Source of the DNA: Lysobacterales bacterium
GTDB lineage: Bacteria; Pseudomonadota; Gammaproteobacteria; Xanthomonadales; SZUA-5
Assembly (NCBI GenBank): GCA_022844135.1
Contig: JALHMG010000005.1
Span: 91,691 to 155,690, forward strand
DNA: 64,000 bases
Direction: 5' to 3'
Shown here in pieces: positions 8,184 through 15,604 of this stretch. Each line of letters starts with the position of its first letter. Positions within the stretch are counted from its first letter, which is position 1. The notes below the pieces were generated by a model, which was given only the letters and a program-made list of their open reading frames with translations, was not told the origin of the DNA and made no database searches. Made by a program: the position numbers and the translations under genes.

Positions 8184-9926
8184 CTAAGCCAACGCCGCCT
8201 CGACGCGCTCGCACTCGGCCTTGAGTTTCCCCGGCGCGCGGGCGCCAAAACTCTCGAGGTAGCGTTTGATTTCGCCGAACTCGTTGCGCCAGCCGTCTTC
8301 ATCGACCGCGAGCAGCGAATCGAGCGCAGCGCCGATGTTGTCGAGGCCACGAAGGTCCAGATCGCTCGCATTCGGCAGCAAGCCGATCGGCGTGTCTTGC
8401 GCACCCACCTTGCCCTCGCAGCGCGCCAGAATCCATTGCAGCACGCGCAGGTTGTCGGAGAAGCCCGGCCACAGGAACTTGCCGTCGGTGCCTTTGCGGA
8501 ACCAGTTGACGTGATAGATGCGCGGCGGCCGGGTGAGCTTGTCGCCGACTTTCAGCCAATGCGTGAAGTAGTCGGCGAAGTTGTAGCCGCAGAAGGGTTT
8601 CATCGCCATCGAATCGCGGCGCACCACGCCCACAGCGCCAGCGGCCGCGGCAGTGGTTTCCGATGCCATCGATGCGCCGACGAGCACGCCGTGTTGCCAG
8701 TCGCGCGCCTCGAACACCAGCGGCACCAGCGATTCGCGACGCCCGCCGAAAATCAACGCCGAAATCGGCACTCCTGCGGGCTCATCGGCTTCCGGCGCAA
8801 AGCTTGGGCACTGGCGCATCGACACGGTAAAGCGCGAATTCGGGTGCGCTGCCGGGCCATTCTTCGGATCGTAATCGCGGCCCTGCCAGTCCTTGACCGG
8901 CACCGCATCGGACAGGCCTTCCCACCACGGCTGATTGTCGGCAGTCACCGCCACGTTGGTGAAAATCGCATCGCGATTGAGCATCTCCACCGCGTTGCGA
9001 TTGGTCTTGCGGCTGGTGCCGGGCGCTACGCCGAAGTAACCCGATTCGGGGTTGATGGCCCACAGTCGCCCGTCGTGACCCGGATGCAACCAGCAGATGT
9101 CGTCGCCCACCGTCCACACTTTCCAGCCGGCGTGCGATTGCGGCGGGATCAGCATCGCAAGATTGGTTTTGCCGCAGGCCGATGGGAACGCCGCAGCGAC
9201 GTAATGGCGCTCGCCCTGCGGATTCTCGATGCCGACGATCAGCATATGCTCGGCGAGCCAACCTTCCTGGCGCGCCTGCCAGCTGGCGATGCGCAGCGCG
9301 TGGCACTTTTTGCCCAACAGCGCATTGCCGCCGTAACCCGAGCCATAGCTCTTGATCATCAGCTCTTCGGGGAAATGCATGATGAAACGCCGCTCAGGAT
9401 CGAGCTCGCCGATCGAGTGCAGGCCACGCACGAACCGCCCTTCGCGCTCGATGCGCTTCAGCGCGGCTTCGCCCATCCGCGTCATGATGCGCATGTTGAC
9501 AACCACATACGGGCTGTCGGTGATCTCAACGCCGCAGCGTGCGAACGGCGAGTCGATCGGGCCCATGCAATACGGCACCACGTACAGCGTGCGCCCGCGC
9601 ATCGATCCGGTGAACAGCGCATCGATCTTGGCGTGCGCTTCCGTAGGCGCCATCCAGTGATTGTTCGGCCCGGCGTCGTCCTGATTTTCGCTGCAGACGA
9701 AGGTCAGATGCTCAACGCGCGCAACGTCGTTCGGGTGCGAACGATGCAGGTAACAATTGGGATGGGTCTGTGGGTTCAGCGGCAACAAATCCCCAAGCTC
9801 AACCATGCGTGCGACCAACGCATCGCGTTCAGCTTCTGAACCGTCGCACCAATGAATACGATCCGGTTTTGTCAGCGCGGCCACCTCGGCCACCCAAGTG
9901 TTCAGCGACACCAGTGAAGAAGACAT
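8184..9926 (-). CDS. pckG: GTP-dependent phosphoenolpyruvate carboxykinase
   Basis: 580 aa. GTP-type PEPCK motifs YGGNALLGKKC, FPSACGKTN and WMAPTEAH. Confidence 0.95.
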   Translation of the reverse strand: MSSSLVSLNTWVAEVAALTKPDRIHWCDGSEAERDALVARMVELGDLLPLNPQTHPNCYLHRSHPNDVARVEHLTFVCSENQDDAGPNNHWMAPTEAHAKIDALFTGSMRGRTLYVVPYCMGPIDSPFARCGVEITDSPYVVVNMRIMTRMGEAALKRIEREGRFVRGLHSIGELDPERRFIMHFPEELMIKSYGSGYGGNALLGKKCHALRIASWQARQEGWLAEHMLIVGIENPQGERHYVAAAFPSACGKTNLAMLIPPQSHAGWKVWTVGDDICWLHPGHDGRLWAINPESGYFGVAPGTSRKTNRNAVEMLNRDAIFTNVAVTADNQPWWEGLSDAVPVKDWQGRDYDPKNGPAAHPNSRFTVSMRQCPSFAPEADEPAGVPISALIFGGRRESLVPLVFEARDWQHGVLVGASMASETTAAAAGAVGVVRRDSMAMKPFCGYNFADYFTHWLKVGDKLTRPPRIYHVNWFRKGTDGKFLWPGFSDNLRVLQWILARCEGKVGAQDTPIGLLPNASDLDLRGLDNIGAALDSLLAVDEDGWRNEFGEIKRYLESFGARAPGKLKAECERVEAALA

Positions 9927-10229
9927 GACGATTTCCGAAAAATCAAAGACTTAGAGAAGATTGGCTTGGCCAATACCGCGGAACATAGCGGGGGATGGGG
10001 TTTCATGCAATCGAATGCAGGGCTTCCGGTCGCGTTGAGCCAACGGCGAGCCGACAAATGACAAATGTTCAATCTGATGGCGGCCGGCCCGCATGCTCAA
10101 GTTTGGTCTGCCGCACCTCGATTCGACTTGGAAACAAGGCGTGTTCGACGTCACGGCACGCTGCGAGCAACCACGCATTGGCCTCCTTTAGGCATACTCT
10201 TCACCCATCCATGACGCATGGGGTAGCGC

Positions 10230-12620
10230 ATGTTCGATATCGCAATTGTCGGCTCGGGCCCCGGCGGCATCAGTGCGGCAGCGCGGGCGGCTGAGTTGAA
10301 GGTGTCGCACATATTGCTGGAGGGCGCGCCGCACCTGTCCAACACCATCTATCGCTATCAGAAAGGCAAGCACGTGATGGCCGAGCCTGAGGCTCTGCCG
10401 TTACGCTCGCCGCTCAAGTTCCAGGCCGGTTCGCGCGAATCGATTCTGGAGAGTTGGGACCAGGATGTCGCCAAGCTCGGCGTCAACGTGCGTCACGGCG
10501 CAGAAGTCACGGCGATTAAGAAAACCGACGCCGGCTTTGATCTGTCGATCGGCCGCAGCGAGAAAATCCAGGCGAAGGCCGTGGTCCTCGGCATCGGCCT
10601 GCAGGGCAATATCCGCAAGCTCGGCGTGCCCGGCGAAGACGCGCCGTTTGTGCAATACACGCTCGACGATCCCGACGAATACGAAGGCGAGACGATCATT
10701 GTCGTCGGCGCTGGCGATGCGGCGATCGAGAACGCGGTGTCTCTGGCAAAACAAAACCAGGTGGTCGTCGTCAATCGCCGCGAGGAGTTCGCGCGCGCCA
10801 AGGAAGGCAATCTGCGCGCCATCCAGAAGGCCATCGAAGATGGCGTGATCGAGTGCTACTTTGGCTCGGCGCCTGAGCGCATCGACAAGCTCACGGTAGG
10901 CAAGAAGCCGGGCCGCATGATCTTGAACACGCCCAAGGGGCGCGCGCAGGTGTTGTGCGATCGCATCATCGCGCGACTTGGCGCCAATCCACCGCGAACC
11001 TTCGTCGAGGCTTGCGGCGTCAAGTTTCCGAACGACGATCCAGCGGCCGTGCCGGCGATCAGCGAGAAGTACGAGAGCAACGTGCCGGGTTTGTACATTG
11101 TCGGCGCGCTCGGCGGCTATCCGCTGATCAAGCAGGCGATGAACCAAGGTTATGAAGTCGTCGAGTACATCCTGGGTCGCAGCGTTGAGCCGGCGGATGA
11201 ACCGCTGCTGCGTGCGAAATTCGAATCGATGCCGGGCTTCAAGAGTGTCGGCGCCACATTGAAGAAGATTCAAGAGGCCGTGCCGCTGCTGGCCACGATT
11301 ACGCCGCTGCAATTGCGCGAGTTCATGATCGACTCTGCCTTGCGCGCGCCCAAATCTGGCGAAGTGATTTTCAAACGCAACGATTACACCAACAGTTTTT
11401 ATTGCCTCGTCGATGGCCATGTCGAAGTGTTGATGGACGACGCCGGCGATAAGCGCATTGTGCTCAACCCAGGCGAGTTTTTTGGCGAAATGAGCTTGAT
11501 TTCCGGGCGCCGCCGTACTGCCACGGTGGTCGCTGGAAAGGGCTGCGTGCTGATCGAAACGCCGCGCCGATCGATGAAGAAACTGATCAACTCGGTCGAG
11601 GCGGTGAAGAAGATGATCGACCAGGTCTTCGTCGAACGCGCGATCCGCGCGCGCTTTGGCGAGGAGGCCACGGCGGTGCAGATTCGCGATGTGGTCAAAG
11701 GCGCAACGTTGCAGCGATTCAAGGCCGGCGAGGTGTTGTTCCGCGAGGGCGATGATGGCGATTGCCTGCATCTGGTGCGCGTCGGCTCGCTGACGATCTC
11801 AAGGCAGATCGCCGGACGCGATGTGGTGCTGAGTTATGTGCCGGCCGGCAATTACGTCGGCGAAATGGCGCTGCTGGGCGGCGGCAAACGCTCGGCGACC
11901 GCGAAAGCTGCGATCGCTACCGAGACCATTCGCGTCGAGCGCGAAGCCTTCCGCAAGCTGCTGGCGCAGAACCCGATGCTGCGAATGAAATTGGCTAACG
12001 AGGTCAAACAGCGCACTGCGGAAAACATCACCACGCAAGCGGGCGCCTCCAGCGGCGATGTGATTTCGTTTTTGATCGGCCAGGGCGTGGGCGAAGCCAC
12101 GGACGTGCTGCTGATCGACGAATCGCTGTGCGTACGCTGCGACAACTGCGAGAAGGCCTGTGCCGAGACCCATGGCGGCACCTCGCGCCTGGATCGCGAA
12201 GCCGGTCCCACCTTCGCCAATGTGCATGTGCCGACGAGCTGCCGCCATTGCGAGCATCCGCATTGCATGAAGGATTGCCCACCCGACGCCATCCATCGGG
12301 CGCCGAATGGCGAGGTGTTCATTGCCGACAACTGCATCGGCTGCGGCAATTGCGAGCGCAACTGTCCGTACGGCGTGATCCACATGGCGGCCAAGCCAAA
12401 GAAGAAACCGGGCCTGCTGCAATGGCTGCTATTCGGCGCTGGCCCCGGCCCAGGCGAGTCGCCGTACGACCCGGAAAGCCACGAGAAAAAAGCCGTCAAG
12501 TGCGATATGTGCAAGGACATCAAAGGCGGCGCCGCGTGCGTACGCGCCTGTCCGACGGGCGCGGCGATCCGAATCAGTCCCGAGCAATTACCGGAGTATG
12601 CGTATGCGCGGGCGCCGTGA
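10230..12620 (+). CDS. fusion protein: TrxR-like flavoprotein (no redox CxxC) + 2 cNMP-binding domains + 4x[4Fe-4S] ferredoxin module
   Basis: IAIVGSGPGG (FAD) and IIVVGAGDAAIE (NAD(P)H). FGEMSLISGRRRTATV and VGEMALLGGGKRSATA (cNMP-binding). CVRCDNCEKAC, CRHCEHPHCMKDCP, CIGCGNCERNCP and CDMC...CVRACP (Fe-S). Confidence 0.85.
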   Translation: MFDIAIVGSGPGGISAAARAAELKVSHILLEGAPHLSNTIYRYQKGKHVMAEPEALPLRSPLKFQAGSRESILESWDQDVAKLGVNVRHGAEVTAIKKTDAGFDLSIGRSEKIQAKAVVLGIGLQGNIRKLGVPGEDAPFVQYTLDDPDEYEGETIIVVGAGDAAIENAVSLAKQNQVVVVNRREEFARAKEGNLRAIQKAIEDGVIECYFGSAPERIDKLTVGKKPGRMILNTPKGRAQVLCDRIIARLGANPPRTFVEACGVKFPNDDPAAVPAISEKYESNVPGLYIVGALGGYPLIKQAMNQGYEVVEYILGRSVEPADEPLLRAKFESMPGFKSVGATLKKIQEAVPLLATITPLQLREFMIDSALRAPKSGEVIFKRNDYTNSFYCLVDGHVEVLMDDAGDKRIVLNPGEFFGEMSLISGRRRTATVVAGKGCVLIETPRRSMKKLINSVEAVKKMIDQVFVERAIRARFGEEATAVQIRDVVKGATLQRFKAGEVLFREGDDGDCLHLVRVGSLTISRQIAGRDVVLSYVPAGNYVGEMALLGGGKRSATAKAAIATETIRVEREAFRKLLAQNPMLRMKLANEVKQRTAENITTQAGASSGDVISFLIGQGVGEATDVLLIDESLCVRCDNCEKACAETHGGTSRLDREAGPTFANVHVPTSCRHCEHPHCMKDCPPDAIHRAPNGEVFIADNCIGCGNCERNCPYGVIHMAAKPKKKPGLLQWLLFGAGPGPGESPYDPESHEKKAVKCDMCKDIKGGAACVRACPTGAAIRISPEQLPEYAYARAP

Positions 12621-12750
12621 GGGTGTGAGCTGGAGCGAGGCACGGGGCATGGACAGCAACAGCGTGCATGCCTTCTGGCAGAGTGTGTCCAGTCCCGCGC
12701 CGCGCGCTTGCACTCCCGTGTCGCGCTTCCGGGGTCGCTCCATTGTCTCG

Positions 12751-12852
12751 CGTCCCGTGCCCCACGCCCCGCAGTTGCTGTCCCGTGCCACTTGCCTCAC
12801 GCTCCGTTCCTGCTGTCGCGTGCCCCGCGCCCCGTGCCCCGTGCCCCGCTCC
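12751..12852. repeat. GTGCCCC-type heptamer arrays in the spacer between 10230-12620 and 12914-13807
   Basis: cgtcccgtgccccacgccccgcag (12751-12774), gtcccgtgccac (12780-12791) and gtgccccgcgccccgtgccccgtgccccgct (12820-12850). An opposing gaggcacggggcatgg lies at 12638-12653. Confidence 0.8.
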
Positions 12853-12913
12853 TGTTGTTGTTCCCCCAATCCAGTCGGTCCAGGCATCGCACTCACTCAA
12901 ATGCAGCCGCACC

Positions 12914-13807
12914 ATGCATGACTCCATTCTCAACTTCCGCAGCTATCGGTATCTGTGGGTATCGATCCTGCTGAGCTTAGGTTCGCTGACCGCGTACCTG
13001 TGGCACGATCCGATCGGCGTACCTAACGGTGGCTCCTGGCTGGGCTACACGCTCGGCACAATCGGCGCGGTGTTGATTCTCTGGCTGCTCTGGTTCGGCA
13101 TCCGCAAACGGCGCTACGGTCGTGCCATCGGCACAGCGCGCGGCTGGTTGAGTGCGCATGTGTATCTGGGCACTTCGCTGATCCTGATCAGCTTATTGCA
13201 TTCGGGTTTCCAGGTTGGCTGGAACATCCACACCCTGGCATTGGTCTTGATGTTCCTGGTGATTTTCAGCGGCTTTTTCGGTGTGTACGCGTACCTGCGT
13301 TACCCGGCGCTGATGACGCGCAACCGCGCCAGCACCACGCGCGAGGCGATGGTGGCAGAGATACGCGAACTGGACGCGCAAGCCTTGCAACTGGCAGACA
13401 AGGTCGACAAGTCGGTACACGATGCGATTCTGCGCTCGATCCAGAACACCCGGCTCGGCGGCGGTTTGTGGGCGCAATTGACTGCCAAAGACGACTCGGG
13501 CCAGGCACTGACGCGACTTAAGGAAGCGGTCACGCAGGCGACCACCGCCGACAAGCAGCACCGATCTGGGCAGACGATGGTGGTGATGGTGGATTTTCTC
13601 GCCCATCAAGCCAACGATGCGCAGAGCGATACCTTGCGCCGCCTCATCGATCTGGTGTCGCGCAAACGCGCGCTCGCGAGCCGCGTGGCGCGCGATATCC
13701 AACTGCAGGCGCTGATGGAAATCTGGCTGTATTTCCATGTGCCGCTGTCGCTGGCGCTACTGGGCGCGCTGACGGCGCATATCCTGTCCGTGTTCTTCTA
13801 CTGGTGA
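12914..13807 (+). CDS. 5-TM membrane protein with a di-heme-b-like His signature
   Basis: 297 aa from ATG 12914. The upstream part of the listed ORF is Pro/Cys-rich translation of the repeats. His82/His96 and His275/His289 each lie 14 positions apart inside predicted TM helices. Confidence 0.65.
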   Translation: MHDSILNFRSYRYLWVSILLSLGSLTAYLWHDPIGVPNGGSWLGYTLGTIGAVLILWLLWFGIRKRRYGRAIGTARGWLSAHVYLGTSLILISLLHSGFQVGWNIHTLALVLMFLVIFSGFFGVYAYLRYPALMTRNRASTTREAMVAEIRELDAQALQLADKVDKSVHDAILRSIQNTRLGGGLWAQLTAKDDSGQALTRLKEAVTQATTADKQHRSGQTMVVMVDFLAHQANDAQSDTLRRLIDLVSRKRALASRVARDIQLQALMEIWLYFHVPLSLALLGALTAHILSVFFYW

Positions 13808-13817
13808 GGGCGCAGCG

Positions 13818-15488
13818 ATGAAATGGCACATCCGCCGCGTCATCAAAAAGGGCAAAGGCAGCGTCTCGTACGAGGAAGAAATCCACTTCGGCGATACGCT
13901 GACGATCGGCCGCGCCGCCGATCAGGCGATCTTCATCAACGATTTGCGCGCGGCCTTGGAACATGCCACGGTCACTGTGCTCGGCAACGGCCGTTACCGC
14001 GTCGAGGCGCTGGTCGCCTCTGGCATTCGTCTCGACGGCAAGCTGGAGCAAAATGCGACGGCCACCTCGGGCAGTCAGATCGAAGTCGGTAACTCGCGCA
14101 TCACGCTGATCGAACCGCCCAAGGACTTCGAAGCTGCCGTCGAAGTGGCGCTGATCGACAAGACCGAAGTTGCGGCGCGCGAAGAGTCCGAAGCCTTGCC
14201 GATGACGCTCGCCGAGGCCGGCATCGGCAAGCGCCGGGCAGCGTGGATTGGCTTGATCTCGATGCTGATCGTCGGGTTGGCGATCCCCATCGTCGCGCAC
14301 TTCGTGCCGACACTGCGCATCGCAACGGCTGGCATACCGATGGTAGGTATGAATGCCTGGGATACCGGGCATTTGCACGACGCCCACCACACGATGGCCG
14401 GCGATTGCCAGGCTTGCCATGGCTCGCCGTTCAGCGTCGTCGAAGACGCGAAATGTGTGGTGTGCCACGCCGCCACGCCAGCACACGCCGACCCCGCTGA
14501 GTTTCCGCTGCCCGATATCGCGCAGGCGCGTTGCGCGCACTGCCATCGCGATCACAATGGCAACGAAGGCTTGGTGCGCAACGATCAAGTCCTGTGCTCG
14601 GATTGCCACCGCAATCTCACCGAGCGCATTCCGAACCAAACGCTGCTGGCCAATGTTGAGGACTTCGGCAACGCACACCCGCAGTTCAGTGTACTGCTGC
14701 CGGCATGGGCCGAGGACGGCAGCTTCGCCCCGGTGCGAACGAGCATGGACAAAACGCCGCTCATCGAGACCTCGGGCCTCAAGTTCCCGCACGCAACGCA
14801 TTTGCGCGAACGCGGCGTCACCAGTCCCGAAGGTACGGTGAATATGGTTTGCGCCGACTGTCACGTCGCGGAACCCGGTGGCGCGCTGATCGCGCCGATC
14901 GATTTTGAGCAGCACTGCCAGAGCTGCCATCGCCTCGATTTCGATCTGCGGGTGCCGGATCGGCAAGTGCCGCATGCGGACGTCGCCGCCGTGCAATACA
15001 TGCTCGATGAGTTCTACGCCAAAGTCGCGCTGGAAGGCGGATACGATGATGTAAGCGCACCAGTCATCGTCCGCCAGCGCCGTCGTCCTGGCCAACCGCC
15101 GCCAACGCCGGAGGAGCGCCGCGAGGCACTGGCATGGGCGCAACAGAAGGCCACGCAAACCACCGATACGCTGTTTTCGGGCCGCGCCTGCGGCGTCTGC
15201 CACAGCGTCAGCAAAGACCCCGCAGCCGTGCGCGGCGGCTGGCAAGTGGCGCCGGTGCGCGTCGCCGGCCAGTGGTACGAAAAATCGCGCTTTACGCACA
15301 ACGCGCACGTGACCATGGACTGCGAGGCCTGCCATATCGCCAGCCAATCGCAATCGAGTGCGGACTTGCTGATTCCGGAGATCACCAACTGCCGCCAGTG
15401 CCATGCCGGCGAACACGACAAGGAACTATTGCCGAGTACGTGTATTGCCTGTCATGGGTTCCATCAGTCTGAGCATTTGCTGAGGTGA
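13818..15488 (+). CDS. single-pass membrane protein: N-terminal FHA-like domain + periplasmic decaheme c-type cytochrome
   Basis: Ten CxxCH motifs (CQACH, CVVCH, CAHCH, CSDCH, CADCH, CQSCH, CGVCH, CEACH, CRQCH, CIACH). One TM helix (AAWIGLISMLIVGLAIPIVAHFV). N-terminus LTIGRAADQAIFIND...GIRLDG...IEVGNSRITL resembles a degenerate FHA fold. Starts 10 nt after the previous gene. Confidence 0.85.
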   Translation: MKWHIRRVIKKGKGSVSYEEEIHFGDTLTIGRAADQAIFINDLRAALEHATVTVLGNGRYRVEALVASGIRLDGKLEQNATATSGSQIEVGNSRITLIEPPKDFEAAVEVALIDKTEVAAREESEALPMTLAEAGIGKRRAAWIGLISMLIVGLAIPIVAHFVPTLRIATAGIPMVGMNAWDTGHLHDAHHTMAGDCQACHGSPFSVVEDAKCVVCHAATPAHADPAEFPLPDIAQARCAHCHRDHNGNEGLVRNDQVLCSDCHRNLTERIPNQTLLANVEDFGNAHPQFSVLLPAWAEDGSFAPVRTSMDKTPLIETSGLKFPHATHLRERGVTSPEGTVNMVCADCHVAEPGGALIAPIDFEQHCQSCHRLDFDLRVPDRQVPHADVAAVQYMLDEFYAKVALEGGYDDVSAPVIVRQRRRPGQPPPTPEERREALAWAQQKATQTTDTLFSGRACGVCHSVSKDPAAVRGGWQVAPVRVAGQWYEKSRFTHNAHVTMDCEACHIASQSQSSADLLIPEITNCRQCHAGEHDKELLPSTCIACHGFHQSEHLLR

Positions 15489-15604
15489 TCGTGGATCGCT
15501 CTGCGCCAAGGTTTTTGGGCGTGAGCGCACCGCATCGAAGCGCAAGGAGATTGCGGGTGAGGTGGCAGAACTGACGTGGCCTTCGCGAACGCACAATCGC
15601 GACG

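Noticed and set aside
10130-10160. CRP/Clp-like site (gtgttcgacgtcacgg) upstream of the cNMP-regulated flavoprotein gene
   Set aside because: The half-sites TGT and TCAC are separated by the wrong spacing (4-6 nt short of TGTGA-N6-TCACA) and the flanks do not match.
12670-12690. Shared core ttctggcagag as a sigma54 (-24/-12) promoter
   Set aside because: TGGCA is present, but the GC of the -12 element is not at the required spacing in either copy (tggcagagtgtgtcca and tggcagagcccggcca).
12668-12913. Pro/Cys-rich N-terminal extension of the ORF beginning at 12668
   Set aside because: The extension is simply the heptamer repeat read in frame (CPVPRAPCPAP...). The protein only becomes hydrophobic and helical after ATG 12914.
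13644-15416. 590-aa minus-strand ORF
   Set aside because: It is antisense to the decaheme cytochrome gene, whose ten CxxCH motifs validate the plus frame.
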